In this document: piece by piece, positions 26,742 through 40,665 of the stretch
Layout: every line of letters begins with the position of its first letter
Position numbering within the stretch: position 1 is the stretch's first letter
Program-made: the position numbers and the translations under genes
Notes under the pieces: generated by a model
The model's input: only the letters and a program-made list of their open reading frames with translations
Told to the model about the DNA's origin: nothing
Databases searched by the model: none
NCBI RefSeq assembly: GCF_011045215.1
Contig: NZ_CP049201.1
Strand: one strand, 5' to 3'
Source: Escherichia coli
GTDB taxonomy: Bacteria; Pseudomonadota; Gammaproteobacteria; Enterobacterales; Enterobacteriaceae
Length of the DNA: 64,000 nt

Positions 26742-27995
26742 GTGAGTCACTGGGCTACATTCAAACAAACAGCAACAAATTTATGGGTGACCCTACGGCA
26801 CGACATTCTCGCGCTGGCCGTCTTTTTAAATGGGTTGCTTATTTTTAAAACAATCTATGGTATGTCGGTCAATTTGCTTGATATTTTCCATATCAAAGCA
26901 TTTTCAGAGTTGGATCTCTCCTTGCTGGCAAACGCCCCACTATTTATGCTCGGCGTCTTTCTTGTCCTGAACTCCATTGGCTTACTGTTCCGGGCAAAGC
27001 TCGCATGGGCAATCAGTATCATTTTGTTGTTGATAGCGCTAATTTACACCCTGCATTTTTATCCCTGGCTGAAATTTAGTATTGGATTTTGCATTTTTAC
27101 GCTGGTGTTTTTACTGATACTGCGCAAAGACTTCTCCCACAGTAGCGCCGCAGCCGGGACAATTTTTGCATTTATTAGTTTCACGACATTACTGTTTTAC
27201 TCAACCTACGGTGCGCTTTATTTAAGCGAAGGTTTTAATCCGCGAATAGAAAGTTTGATGACCGCGTTCTATTTTTCGATAGAAACCATGTCAACCGTCG
27301 GCTATGGAGATATTGTCCCTGTTTCTGAATCAGCACGATTGTTCACTATTTCGGTCATTATTTCCGGCATTACCGTTTTTGCCACATCTATGACCTCAAT
27401 TTTTGGTCCGCTTATCCGCGGGGGATTCAACAAACTTGTAAAAGGAAACAATCATACAATGCATCGTAAAGATCATTTTATTGTTTGCGGACATTCGATT
27501 CTCGCTATCAATACGATCCTGCAACTGAATCAACGCGGACAAAACGTAACGGTTATCAGCAACTTGCCTGAAGATGATATCAAGCAACTTGAGCAACGCT
27601 TAGGCGATAACGCTGATGTTATCCCCGGTGACAGTAATGACAGTTCAGTATTAAAGAAAGCGGGAATCGATCGTTGCCGGGCCATTCTGGCGCTGAGTGA
27701 TAACGATGCAGATAACGCGTTTGTTGTACTCTCGGCAAAAGATATGAGCAGTGATGTCAAAACAGTTCTCGCCGTCAGTGATAGCAAAAACCTGAATAAG
27801 ATTAAGATGGTACATCCGGATATCATTCTCTCACCGCAACTGTTTGGCAGCGAAATTCTGGCGCGAGTTTTAAATGGTGAAGAGATTAATAATGATATGC
27901 TCGTTTCAATGTTGTTGAACTCAGGTCATGGTATTTTCAGCGATAACGATGAACAAGAAACGAAAGCTGACAGTAAAGAATCGGCGCAAAAATAG
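26742..27995 (+). CDS. kch: voltage-gated potassium channel Kch
   Basis: GTG start (..SHWATFKQ) after GAGGT; pore motif TVGYGD. Confidence 0.9.
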   Translation: MSHWATFKQTATNLWVTLRHDILALAVFLNGLLIFKTIYGMSVNLLDIFHIKAFSELDLSLLANAPLFMLGVFLVLNSIGLLFRAKLAWAISIILLLIALIYTLHFYPWLKFSIGFCIFTLVFLLILRKDFSHSSAAAGTIFAFISFTTLLFYSTYGALYLSEGFNPRIESLMTAFYFSIETMSTVGYGDIVPVSESARLFTISVIISGITVFATSMTSIFGPLIRGGFNKLVKGNNHTMHRKDHFIVCGHSILAINTILQLNQRGQNVTVISNLPEDDIKQLEQRLGDNADVIPGDSNDSSVLKKAGIDRCRAILALSDNDADNAFVVLSAKDMSSDVKTVLAVSDSKNLNKIKMVHPDIILSPQLFGSEILARVLNGEEINNDMLVSMLLNSGHGIFSDNDEQETKADSKESAQK

Positions 27996-28049
27996 AGTTT
28001 AAAGACGGAAGAGTAAACTTATTGGGCACCGCAATGGTGCCCAGTACAT

Positions 28050-28223
28050 TTAGATATTGTAGATCGCAAACAATAACGAGTTACGCTGTTTGTTTAGAAT
28101 GCACTTCCTGATGCTGTGGATACGCATATTTCGGCGCGATTGCCCCTCAAGCCAACGCGATTTACGTCGGCTAGCCTGACGCTGCATGCGCCAGCGCCCC
28201 ACTTCCGTTCTACTCCGCTTCAT
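28050..28223 (-). CDS. yciY: small protein YciY
   Basis: 57-aa internal-start version (MKRSRTEV...) of track ORF. Confidence 0.5.
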   Translation of the reverse strand: MKRSRTEVGRWRMQRQASRRKSRWLEGQSRRNMRIHSIRKCILNKQRNSLLFAIYNI

Positions 28224-28365
28224 GTTAACTACTCTATGCAATAACAGAATGGTCATTATACCCCCGCCCCCGACGCTGACCAGTGGTTTTCCCGCGTTTT
28301 TATTTGCCAGATGAATCCATATGCGTAAACTCATAACAATGCGCTTTCAAAAGGATTTCTAATCT

Positions 28366-30190
<1,825 letters not shown>

Positions 30191-30242
30191 ATAATCACTT
30201 TCGGCGTGAAAAAGGGCTGACAACTGTCAGCCCTTTTTGTGT

Positions 30243-31247
30243 TTAAAGCGGATCGACTTTCAGGCAAGAAACGGCGTGTCTGAAACTCCCCTCCAGCACA
30301 GGACGTGTTTTGGCACACTCCGGACCGGCAATCGGGCAACGGGTACGGAAAACACAACCGGAAGGCGGGTTGATCGGCGACGGTAATTCTCCTTCCAGTA
30401 ACTGGATGGTTTTGTTCTTCTCCAGATCCGGATCAGGTATGGGGACTGCCGACATCAATGCCCTGGTGTAAGGATGTAGTGGATTGTGGTAGACCTCATC
30501 ATAGGTCCCCAGTTCTACCGCATGGCCGAGATACATCACTAACACACGATCGGAAATGTGTTTTACCACGGCCAGGTCGTGAGCGATAAAAATTAATGAC
30601 AATCCCATCTCACGTTGTAACTGCTGGAGCAGGTTGACCACCTGCGCCTGAATTGACACGTCCAGCGCCGACACCGGCTCATCACAGATAATCAGCTTCG
30701 GTTCAAGAATAAGAGCACGAGCAATCCCGATACGCTGGCACTGCCCACCGGAGAACTCATGCGGATAGCGGTTAATCAGGTTAGGCAATAACCCGACTTT
30801 CAGCATCATCGCCTTCACGCGCTCGCGAACTTCCTGGCGTGACATTTTCGGATGATAGGTACGCAGCGGTTCAGCGATAATCTCGCCGATGGTCATACGC
30901 GGGTTTAGCGATGCCAACGGATCCTGGAAAATCATCTGAATATCACTGCGAACGGCACGCCATTCATCGGGCTTCATGCCCAGCAACTCTTTACCTAACC
31001 AGGCAACATGACCGTCGGTCGCCTTGACCAAACCGATGATGGCGCGAGCAAAGGTGGACTTACCGCATCCCGATTCCCCTACCACACCTAATGTTTCCCC
31101 TTCATACAGGCGAAGAGTTACACCATCGACGGCTTTGAGAGTTTTCGGCGGTTGCCAGAACCACTGTTTGCCATCTTTGATTTCAAAGTGCACTTTCAGA
31201 TCGGCGATTTCGAGGAGGACTTTTCTTCCTTCGGTTACAGCATTCAT
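30243..31247 (-). CDS. oppF: oligopeptide ABC transporter ATP-binding protein OppF
   Basis: Walker A GESGCGKST, ABC signature; opp operon order. Confidence 0.95.
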   Translation of the reverse strand: MNAVTEGRKVLLEIADLKVHFEIKDGKQWFWQPPKTLKAVDGVTLRLYEGETLGVVGESGCGKSTFARAIIGLVKATDGHVAWLGKELLGMKPDEWRAVRSDIQMIFQDPLASLNPRMTIGEIIAEPLRTYHPKMSRQEVRERVKAMMLKVGLLPNLINRYPHEFSGGQCQRIGIARALILEPKLIICDEPVSALDVSIQAQVVNLLQQLQREMGLSLIFIAHDLAVVKHISDRVLVMYLGHAVELGTYDEVYHNPLHPYTRALMSAVPIPDPDLEKNKTIQLLEGELPSPINPPSGCVFRTRCPIAGPECAKTRPVLEGSFRHAVSCLKVDPL

Positions 31248-32257
31248 AACAGTTCCTCCACCGGTTTAAAGCAAGCACGCAGACGGCCAGGCGTAAACTC
31301 TTCCAGCGGCGGTGCGCTACTACAAATTTCCATCGCATGCGGACAACGTGGCTGGAACGGGCAACCTTTCGGTAATCGCAGCAAGTTTGGCGGATTACCC
31401 GGGATGGTCAACATTGTTTCACCTTCCGCATCAAGACGCGGCACCGCGTTGAGCAAACCGATAGAATAAGGATGAACGGGTTGATAAAAGACATCGCGCG
31501 CATTGCCATATTCCATCGTGCGCCCGGCGTACATTACCAGCACTTTGTCGCAGATCCCCGCCACCACGCCAAGATCGTGGGTGATCATAATGATGGCGGT
31601 ATTAAATTCCCGCTTCAGTTCATTCAATAGCGTCATGATCTGCGCCTGTACGGTGACGTCCAGCGCAGTAGTGGGTTCATCTGCAATCAGCAGCTTAGGT
31701 CGACATAGCAATGCCATCGCAATCATGACTCGCTGACGCATGCCGCCAGAAAATTCGTGCGGGTACATTTTCATGCGTTTACGCGCTTCCGGCATTTTAA
31801 CCGCATCGAGCATCCGCACCGACTCTTCAAACGCCTCAGCTTTGCTCATGTTCTTATGCAGCCTCAGCACTTCCATCAACTGCTCACCGACGCGCATATA
31901 GGGATTCAACGAAGTCATTGGGTCCTGAAAAATCATTGAGATTTGTTCAGCGCGCAGTTTATTGAGTTCACGCTCTGGCAAATTGAGGATTTCACGCCCA
32001 TTGAAGGTTGCCGATCCGCCAATGCGTCCGTTGGCAGCCAACAGGCCCATCAACGCAAATGCAGTTTGCGATTTACCCGAACCAGACTCACCTACAATGC
32101 CCAGCGTTTCTCCGGCACGTAGGGAAAAATTTAAATCATTGACCGCCGTGACGTCGCCGTCCGGGGTACTAAAGGTGACACGCAAATCTTTCACGTTCAG
32201 CAGTGCGTCAGCCTGTTGTTGTGCGAGCGGCACAGTTGCAGTTTCAATTACGCTCAT
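31244..32257 (-). CDS. oppD: oligopeptide ABC transporter ATP-binding protein OppD
   Basis: Walker A GESGSGKSQ; overlaps oppF start. Confidence 0.95.
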   Translation of the reverse strand: MSVIETATVPLAQQQADALLNVKDLRVTFSTPDGDVTAVNDLNFSLRAGETLGIVGESGSGKSQTAFALMGLLAANGRIGGSATFNGREILNLPERELNKLRAEQISMIFQDPMTSLNPYMRVGEQLMEVLRLHKNMSKAEAFEESVRMLDAVKMPEARKRMKMYPHEFSGGMRQRVMIAMALLCRPKLLIADEPTTALDVTVQAQIMTLLNELKREFNTAIIMITHDLGVVAGICDKVLVMYAGRTMEYGNARDVFYQPVHPYSIGLLNAVPRLDAEGETMLTIPGNPPNLLRLPKGCPFQPRCPHAMEICSSAPPLEEFTPGRLRACFKPVEELL

Positions 32258-32268
32258 GGCTGCACTCC

Positions 32269-33177
32269 TTAACGATCTTTCGGGTCGAGGGCATCACGCA
32301 AGCCATCGCCGATAAAGTTGAAACAAAACAGCGTCACCACGAGGAATCCCGCTGGGAACAACAGTAACCATGGAGAGACTTCCATCGAGTTCGCGCCATC
32401 ACTCAGCAATGCACCCCAGCTGCTTAACGGCTCTTGCGTACCCAACCCCAGGAAGCTAAGGAAAGATTCAAAGAGGATCATGCTGGGCACCAGTAGCGAT
32501 GCGTAGACCACCACCACACCGAGTACGTTCGGCACAATGTGGCGAATAACAATGCCCGGCGTCGATACACCGCCAACTTGTGCCGCCTCAATAAACTCTT
32601 TGCGCTTCAGACTCAGGGTTTGCCCACGCACAATACGAGCCATATCCAGCCAGGAAACCATGCCAATCGCCACGAAAATCAGCAGAATGTTTTGGCCGAA
32701 AAAGGTCACCAGCAAAATGACGAAGAACATGAATGGGAAGGAGTTGAGGATTTCCAGCAGACGCATCATTACCGAATCCACTTTACCGCCCAGATAACCG
32801 GAAAGCGAACCATAAAGTGTCCCCACGACCACTGCCACCAGTGCCGCAGCAACACCGACCATGAGTGAGATACGCCCGCCAATCGCAACGCGCACAAGCA
32901 GGTCGCGACCGGATGAGTCAGTACCAAAGTAGTGACCGGACTCCATATCCGGGGCGCTGGACATCATCGCCCAGTCAGTATCGTCATAGGCAAACTGCGA
33001 AAGCATCGGTGCCAGGATTACAAATAACGCGATCAGCACCAGCACTATCAGACTGGCAACCGCCGCACGGTTATGCATAAAACGTCGACGTGCGTCCTGC
33101 CACAAGCTGCGCCCTTCGACCTCCAGCTTTTCACTGAAATTTTCCAGCGTCTCGCTGTTTTTCTTACTTAACATCAT
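32269..33177 (-). CDS. oppC: oligopeptide ABC transporter permease OppC
   Basis: 302-aa permease in operon. Confidence 0.95.
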   Translation of the reverse strand: MMLSKKNSETLENFSEKLEVEGRSLWQDARRRFMHNRAAVASLIVLVLIALFVILAPMLSQFAYDDTDWAMMSSAPDMESGHYFGTDSSGRDLLVRVAIGGRISLMVGVAAALVAVVVGTLYGSLSGYLGGKVDSVMMRLLEILNSFPFMFFVILLVTFFGQNILLIFVAIGMVSWLDMARIVRGQTLSLKRKEFIEAAQVGGVSTPGIVIRHIVPNVLGVVVVYASLLVPSMILFESFLSFLGLGTQEPLSSWGALLSDGANSMEVSPWLLLFPAGFLVVTLFCFNFIGDGLRDALDPKDR

Positions 33178-33191
33178 CGCGAGCTCCAGTA

Positions 33192-34112
33192 TCAGTAACG
33201 GATTTTCGGGTCGATAACCGCATATAGCACATCGACAATGGCATTAAACAAAATGGTTAAAGCACCAACCAGGATGGTCAGGCTTAACACTAAGGAATAG
33301 TCACGGTTCAATGCGCCATTAACGAACAGTTGTCCAATCCCCGGCAAACCATAAATGGTTTCGATAACCATAGAACCGGTAATAATGCCGACAAATGCGG
33401 GGCCCATATAAGAGAGCACGGGTAACAGAGCAGGTTTTAATGCGTGACGTAAAATGATCCGCCGCATAGGTAACCCTTTCGCCCGGGCAGTACGAATAAA
33501 ATTGGAGTGTAATACTTCAATCATAGAGCCACGGGTAATACGCGCAATACTGGCGATATAGGCGAGTGACAACGCCACCATCGGCAATATCATGAATTTA
33601 AGCGCCCCACCATTCCAGCCACCGCCCGGCAGCCAATGCAAAATGATCGCAAATATCATGACTAATAATGGCGCAACCACAAAACTGGGGATAACAACCC
33701 CGGTCATTGCCAGCCCCATCACGGTATAGTCCCATTTGGTGTTTTGTTTTAATGCGGCAATAACGCCAGCACTAACACCCAGTATTACCGCAAGGAAAAA
33801 TGCTGCGGCTCCCAGTTTGGCAGAAACGGGAAAACTGGATGCAACCAGGTCATTGACCGAATAATCTTTATATTTAAACGATGGACCGAAATCGCCATGC
33901 GCCAGTTGTTTCAGGTAGCTGAAATACTGTGTCATGATCGGATCATTAAGATGATATTTCGCTTCGATATTGGCCATTACTTCCGGCGGTAAAGTACGTT
34001 CGCCGGTAAAAGGGCTTCCCGGCGCGAGGCGCATCATAAAGAACGAAATAGTAATAAGAATAAATAGCGTCGGAATCGCTTCCAGACAGCGACGTAGAAT
34101 AAATTTTAACAT
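33192..34112 (-). CDS. oppB: oligopeptide ABC transporter permease OppB
   Basis: 306-aa permease in operon. Confidence 0.95.
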   Translation of the reverse strand: MLKFILRRCLEAIPTLFILITISFFMMRLAPGSPFTGERTLPPEVMANIEAKYHLNDPIMTQYFSYLKQLAHGDFGPSFKYKDYSVNDLVASSFPVSAKLGAAAFFLAVILGVSAGVIAALKQNTKWDYTVMGLAMTGVVIPSFVVAPLLVMIFAIILHWLPGGGWNGGALKFMILPMVALSLAYIASIARITRGSMIEVLHSNFIRTARAKGLPMRRIILRHALKPALLPVLSYMGPAFVGIITGSMVIETIYGLPGIGQLFVNGALNRDYSLVLSLTILVGALTILFNAIVDVLYAVIDPKIRY

Positions 34113-34197
34113 TGCCCTACCTTCTGGCCTGTGCCTTCTGTAATGCGATAAAAATCAGACACCGTGGAGCAGGACACTCCTGCCCCACGTATTGCCA

Positions 34198-35829
34198 TTA
34201 GTGCTTCACAATGTACATATTCCGGGTATAGGTATTATCCAGCGGATCTTTGCCGGTATAGCCACCAACCCACGGTTTCACCAGACGCGCATTCACGTAG
34301 TAATAAACAGGAACAATGGCCGAATCCTTATCCAGCTGTTGTTCTGCTTTAGTGTACAGAGCTGTGCGCTGCGCCTCGTCAGTCACTTTCAGCGTTTCCG
34401 CCATAATGCTGTCAAAGGCCGGGCTCTTATAATGCGCCGTATTCATCGAGCTGTTCGACAGCATGGTGTTCAGGAAGGAAGTTGGTTCGTTGTAGTCTGC
34501 ACACCAGCCTGCACGGGCCACATCAAAAGTGCCCTGGTGACGGGTGTCGAGGAACGTTTTCCACTCCTGGTTAACCAGTTTGACGTTTACACCAATGTTT
34601 TTCTTCCACAATGAAGAGGCTGCAATCGCCAACTTTTTATGCAGATCGGAGGTGTTATACAACAGGTTGATGGTCAACGGTTTGTCTGCGGTATAACCCG
34701 CTTCAGCCAGCAGTTTTTTTGCTTCTTCGTTACGTTTTTCCTGGCTCCAGCCAAACCATTCCGGCTGAGTCAATTTTGCGCCATCAGTATACGGTGGAGT
34801 GTAACCATAGGCGGGCATGTCGCCCTGCGCTTTCACTTTATTAACAATGATATCGCGGTCCATACCTAGTTTCAGTGCGGTACGCACACGCACATCGTTG
34901 AATGGCGGTTTCTGGTTGTTAATTTCGTAATAGTAAGTGCACAGGTATGGATCAACGTGAACTTCGTCCGGGATCTCTTTTTTCAGCTTCTGGAACAATT
35001 CGATCGGCATATTGTTATACGTCATGTCGATTTCACCACTACGGTAGCGGTTGACATCGGTAACTTCAGAAGCAATAGGCAAATAGGTTACCTGGTTAAT
35101 AACGGTTTTCGCGTTGTTCCAGTAGGTCGGGCTGCGTTCAAGAACGATTCGTTCGTTTACGACCCAATCTTTTAAGGTATAGGCACCGTTGGTGACGATA
35201 TTACCAGGCTGGGTCCATTTTTCGCCGAATTTCTCGATAGCGGCTTTTGGCACCGGTGAAGTTGATGGGTGAACAAGTAATTTATAGAAGTACGGAACGG
35301 GTTCACTTAAGGTGACTTCTAATGTGTGATCATCAATAGCTTTCACGCCGAGATCGGTAATCGGTTTTTTCCCTTCAAGAATTTCATCAATACCGGCGAT
35401 ATGCCCATATTGCAGATAACTGGCATACGGAGAAGCAGTGTTCGGATCAACAGAACGTTGCCAGCTATACACAAAGTCTTGTGCTGTGACTGGCGTGCCA
35501 TCAGACCATTTCGCATCTTTACGCAAATGGAAGGTCCAGACTTTCGCGTCTTTATTATCCCAGGATTCAGCGACGCCAGGTGCTGGATGACCGTCAAGAT
35601 CGCTGACCAGTAAGCCTTCAAACAGGTCTCGGCTGATATTAGACTCCGGAACACCTTCAATTTTGTGCGGATCTAATGACTGAACTTCTGAACCATTGTT
35701 ACGTACCAGCGTTTGTTTTTCCGCCAGTGTGACGCCTGCGGGTACATCAGCTGCCAGCGCGACATTCCCTGCCATTAGCGCAGCCAGAACGCCAGCTGCT
35801 ACTAAACTTCTCTTGGTGATGTTGGTCAT
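34198..35829 (-). CDS. oppA: periplasmic oligopeptide-binding protein OppA
   Basis: 543 aa with signal peptide. Confidence 0.95.
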   Translation of the reverse strand: MTNITKRSLVAAGVLAALMAGNVALAADVPAGVTLAEKQTLVRNNGSEVQSLDPHKIEGVPESNISRDLFEGLLVSDLDGHPAPGVAESWDNKDAKVWTFHLRKDAKWSDGTPVTAQDFVYSWQRSVDPNTASPYASYLQYGHIAGIDEILEGKKPITDLGVKAIDDHTLEVTLSEPVPYFYKLLVHPSTSPVPKAAIEKFGEKWTQPGNIVTNGAYTLKDWVVNERIVLERSPTYWNNAKTVINQVTYLPIASEVTDVNRYRSGEIDMTYNNMPIELFQKLKKEIPDEVHVDPYLCTYYYEINNQKPPFNDVRVRTALKLGMDRDIIVNKVKAQGDMPAYGYTPPYTDGAKLTQPEWFGWSQEKRNEEAKKLLAEAGYTADKPLTINLLYNTSDLHKKLAIAASSLWKKNIGVNVKLVNQEWKTFLDTRHQGTFDVARAGWCADYNEPTSFLNTMLSNSSMNTAHYKSPAFDSIMAETLKVTDEAQRTALYTKAEQQLDKDSAIVPVYYYVNARLVKPWVGGYTGKDPLDNTYTRNMYIVKH

Positions 35830-36565
35830 TGTTTTTGGACTCCCTCATTATAATTACTGGTATTAACCAGCATGTGTAATCCCGGATTGGGACCCTGCAC
35901 AGGCTCGGAGACTTTCTGCTGTCAGGTTACTTTATCGTTACGGATTGCTATCACCGACTTTATTTATTCTGGTGATTCAGACGATCACCTTATGTCGATT
36001 CGTACTGTGTCTCCCCTGTCGAGACACATTATTCTTTCGCGACGCTCTTTAATTGTTAATTATTCTCATTACCAATAAAGAATCGCCTGACGGTTGCCCG
36101 GAAAGTACCAAATGCGGTTCTTACTCGCCAATACATTTTGCAAAATTGTTAAGCAATTCTCTTTTATTGACCGTATCAGAATCTATAGCTTGCATCCATG
36201 TCTTAACAAACATCTTTAAATTCAATCAAATAGAGATTGGTTAAGCATGTCTATCTTTTCTGATTACAGTTCCAGTAGTGAAATGCACAATAATTTAACA
36301 ATTGATTATTATTTAGCACTTTCCTCTACCAAAGGCAGTGGAATTACTAATATCATTTCAATTATTCTTCAGCAAGCCCAGGATTATGATGTGGCGAAAA
36401 TAACATGATGGTGAGGAGAAGCAGTTAAGGAAATCCTTATAACTAACTGTAATTTGAGAAGAATATTTTTACCTATTCCTTTTGCTTTTGATAACTGCGC
36501 GGGAACAAAGTAAAAATAATGACGAAGTAAACGGAGCATGGCAGCTCCGTTTCATTTGAAAGGAA

Positions 36566-37213
36566 TTAATTAAGCAGGCCGGGGAAAATCCCCTTAATAC
36601 CAGTAACGATAAATTCAATCCCCAATGCCATCAGCAATAGCCCCATAATACGCGTAATCACGTTGATGCCGGTCTGGCGTAAAACCCGTACCAGCCACGG
36701 TGCCATGCGGAACAATCCCCAACAACATAAAGCGAACAATGCAATAGCCACAAAGAAACCAAACAGATAGCTAATGCTGTGATAACGCGTACCCCAGACG
36801 ATGGTAGAACTGATCGCCCCTGGCCCCGCCATCAACGGCAACGCCAGTGGCACCACACCAATGCTTTCACGTACCGCGGTTTCTGATTTTTCTTGCTTGT
36901 TCTGTTTATCCTCTCCAAGCTTGCCGCTGATCATCGACATCGCTATCGTCACCACCAGGATGCCCCCGGCGATACGGAACGAATCAATTGATATACCAAA
37001 AAGTTGTAGAATCGTGTCGCCGAGAAAAAGCGAGATCCACAAGATAATGGCCACAGACAGGTTGGCTGTAAGGTTAGTTTTGTTTCGCGCTGCCGCTGTC
37101 TGATAACTGGTCATGCTGATAAAGACGGGAATAATCCCTACCGGGTTGACCAGCGCAAATAACCCGATGAAAAATTTGAAGTAAACGGGAAAATCAAAAA
37201 GGGTCTGAATCAC
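36566..37213 (-). CDS. ychE: MarC-family inner membrane protein YchE
   Basis: 215-aa polytopic membrane ORF upstream of opp. Confidence 0.9.
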   Translation of the reverse strand: MIQTLFDFPVYFKFFIGLFALVNPVGIIPVFISMTSYQTAAARNKTNLTANLSVAIILWISLFLGDTILQLFGISIDSFRIAGGILVVTIAMSMISGKLGEDKQNKQEKSETAVRESIGVVPLALPLMAGPGAISSTIVWGTRYHSISYLFGFFVAIALFALCCWGLFRMAPWLVRVLRQTGINVITRIMGLLLMALGIEFIVTGIKGIFPGLLN

Positions 37214-37689
37214 GGTTAGCTCCGAAGCAAAAGCCGGATAATGTTAGCCATAAATAAGGTTGAAAAGACGCGCTGACAATACGCCTTTTGACAGCATTTT
37301 TCACCTCCTAACTACTTAAAATTGCTATCATTCGTTATTGTTATCTAGTTGTGCAAAACATGCTAATGTAGCCACCAAATCATACTACAATTTATTAACT
37401 GTTAGCTATAATGGCGAAAAGCGATGCTGAAAGGTGTCAGCTTTGCAAAAATTTGATTTGGATCACGTAATCAGTACCCAGAAGTGAGTAATCTTGCTTA
37501 CGCCACCTGGAAGTGACGCATTAGAGATAATAACTCTAATGTTTAAACTCTTTTAGTAAATCACAGTGAGTGTGAGCGCGAGTAAGCTTTTGATTTTCAT
37601 CGGTTAAGCAAATCATCACCGCACTGACTATACTCTCGTATTCGAGCAGATGATTTACTAAAAAAGTTTAACATTATCAGGAGAGCATT

Positions 37690-40365
37690 ATGGCTGTTAC
37701 TAATGTCGCTGAACTTAACGCACTCGTAGAGCGTGTAAAAAAAGCCCAGCGTGAATATGCCAGTTTCACTCAAGAGCAAGTAGACAAAATCTTCCGCGCC
37801 GCCGCTCTGGCTGCTGCAGATGCTCGAATCCCACTCGCGAAAATGGCCGTTGCCGAATCCGGCATGGGTATCGTCGAAGATAAAGTGATCAAAAACCACT
37901 TTGCTTCTGAATATATCTACAACGCCTATAAAGATGAAAAAACCTGTGGTGTTCTGTCTGAAGACGACACTTTTGGTACCATCACTATCGCTGAACCAAT
38001 CGGTATTATTTGCGGTATCGTTCCGACCACTAACCCGACTTCAACTGCTATCTTCAAATCGCTGATCAGTCTGAAGACCCGTAACGCCATTATCTTCTCC
38101 CCGCACCCGCGTGCAAAAGATGCCACCAACAAAGCGGCTGATATCGTTCTGCAGGCTGCTATCGCTGCCGGTGCTCCGAAAGATCTGATCGGCTGGATCG
38201 ATCAACCTTCTGTTGAACTGTCTAACGCACTGATGCACCACCCAGACATCAACCTGATCCTCGCGACTGGTGGTCCGGGCATGGTTAAAGCCGCATACAG
38301 CTCCGGTAAACCAGCTATCGGTGTAGGCGCGGGTAACACTCCAGTTGTTATTGATGAAACTGCTGATATCAAACGTGCAGTTGCATCTGTACTGATGTCC
38401 AAAACCTTTGACAACGGCGTAATCTGTGCTTCTGAACAGTCTGTTGTTGTTGTTGACTCTGTTTATGACGCAGTACGTGAACGTTTCGCAACCCACGGCG
38501 GCTATCTGTTGCAGGGTAAAGAGCTGAAAGCTGTTCAGGACGTTATCCTGAAAAACGGTGCGCTGAACGCGGCTATCGTTGGTCAGCCAGCCTATAAAAT
38601 TGCTGAACTGGCAGGCTTCTCTGTACCAGAAAACACCAAGATTCTGATCGGTGAAGTGACCGTTGTTGATGAAAGCGAACCGTTCGCACATGAAAAACTG
38701 TCCCCGACTCTGGCAATGTACCGCGCTAAAGATTTCGAAGACGCGGTAGAAAAAGCAGAGAAACTGGTTGCTATGGGTGGTATCGGTCATACCTCTTGCC
38801 TGTACACTGACCAGGATAACCAACCGGCTCGCGTTTCTTACTTCGGTCAGAAAATGAAAACGGCTCGTATCCTGATTAACACCCCGGCTTCTCAGGGTGG
38901 TATCGGTGACCTGTATAACTTCAAACTCGCACCTTCCCTGACTCTGGGTTGTGGTTCCTGGGGTGGTAACTCCATCTCTGAAAACGTTGGTCCGAAACAC
39001 CTGATCAACAAGAAAACCGTTGCTAAGCGAGCTGAAAACATGTTGTGGCACAAACTTCCGAAATCTATCTACTTCCGCCGTGGCTCCCTGCCAATCGCGC
39101 TGGATGAAGTGATTACTGATGGCCACAAACGTGCGCTCATCGTGACTGACCGCTTCCTGTTCAACAATGGTTATGCTGATCAGATCACTTCCGTACTGAA
39201 AGCAGCAGGTGTTGAAACTGAAGTCTTCTTCGAAGTAGAAGCGGACCCGACCCTGAGCATCGTTCGTAAAGGTGCAGAACTGGCAAACTCCTTCAAACCA
39301 GACGTGATTATCGCGCTGGGTGGTGGTTCCCCGATGGACGCCGCGAAGATCATGTGGGTTATGTACGAACATCCGGAAACTCACTTCGAAGAGCTGGCGC
39401 TGCGCTTTATGGATATCCGTAAACGTATCTACAAGTTCCCGAAAATGGGCGTGAAAGCGAAAATGATTGCTGTCACCACCACTTCTGGTACAGGTTCTGA
39501 AGTCACTCCGTTTGCGGTTGTAACTGACGACGCTACTGGTCAGAAATACCCGCTGGCGGACTATGCGCTGACCCCGGATATGGCGATTGTCGATGCCAAC
39601 CTGGTTATGGACATGCCGAAGTCCCTGTGTGCTTTCGGTGGTCTGGACGCAGTAACTCACGCCATGGAAGCTTATGTTTCTGTACTGGCATCTGAGTTCT
39701 CTGATGGTCAGGCTCTGCAGGCACTGAAACTGCTGAAAGAATATCTGCCAGCGTCCTACCACGAAGGGTCTAAAAATCCGGTAGCGCGTGAACGTGTTCA
39801 CAGTGCAGCGACTATCGCGGGTATCGCGTTTGCGAACGCCTTCCTGGGTGTATGTCACTCAATGGCGCACAAACTGGGTTCCCAGTTCCATATTCCGCAC
39901 GGTCTGGCAAACGCCCTGCTGATTTGTAACGTTATTCGCTACAATGCGAACGACAACCCGACCAAGCAGACTGCATTCAGCCAGTATGACCGTCCGCAGG
40001 CTCGCCGTCGTTATGCTGAAATTGCCGACCACCTGGGTCTGAGCGCACCGGGCGACCGTACTGCTGCTAAGATCGAGAAACTGCTGGCATGGCTGGAAAC
40101 GCTGAAGGCTGAACTGGGTATTCCGAAATCTATCCGTGAAGCTGGCGTTCAGGAAGCAGACTTCCTGGCGAACGTGGATAAACTGTCTGAAGATGCATTC
40201 GATGACCAGTGCACCGGCGCTAACCCGCGTTACCCGCTGATCTCCGAGCTGAAACAGATTCTGCTGGATACCTACTACGGTCGTGATTATGTAGAAGGTG
40301 AAACTGCAGCGAAAAAAGAAGCCGCTCCGGCTAAAGCTGAGAAAAAAGCGAAAAAATCCGCTTAA
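37690..40365 (+). CDS. adhE: bifunctional aldehyde/alcohol dehydrogenase AdhE
   Basis: 891 aa; ALDH and Fe-ADH domains. Confidence 0.97.
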
Positions 40366-40390
40366 TCAGTAGCGCTGTCTGGCAACATAA

Positions 40391-40417
40391 ACGGCCCCTT
40401 CTGGGGCCGTTTTTTTG
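40391..40417 (+). terminator. rho-independent terminator of adhE
   Basis: ACGGCCCC-ttct-GGGGCCGT followed by TTTTTTT. Confidence 0.7.
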
Positions 40418-40665
40418 TTTTCCTAATGCAACTATTCCATAAACCGACAGCATTAGCCTTCATCATAATTGCAGCGATGTATAACGCCTACACACAGGGA
40501 TATTGTACTTTACAGGTCACAAGTCAACGTCGGTGCTTAAGCGCTCTGTGAGGCGTATAGCGGCGTTAAAAACTACCGCGAAGGGTGTATAACCCAGAAG
40601 AAGTGCGTAAAACGAACTGACAGGATAAAAACGCCCTGCTCACCCTGTCAGTAAAGAAATTCTTA

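Noticed and set aside
38041-39858. 605-aa minus-strand ORF inside adhE
   Set aside because: Antisense to highly expressed adhE; composition (R, F, H, C rich) is that of a mirror frame, not a protein.
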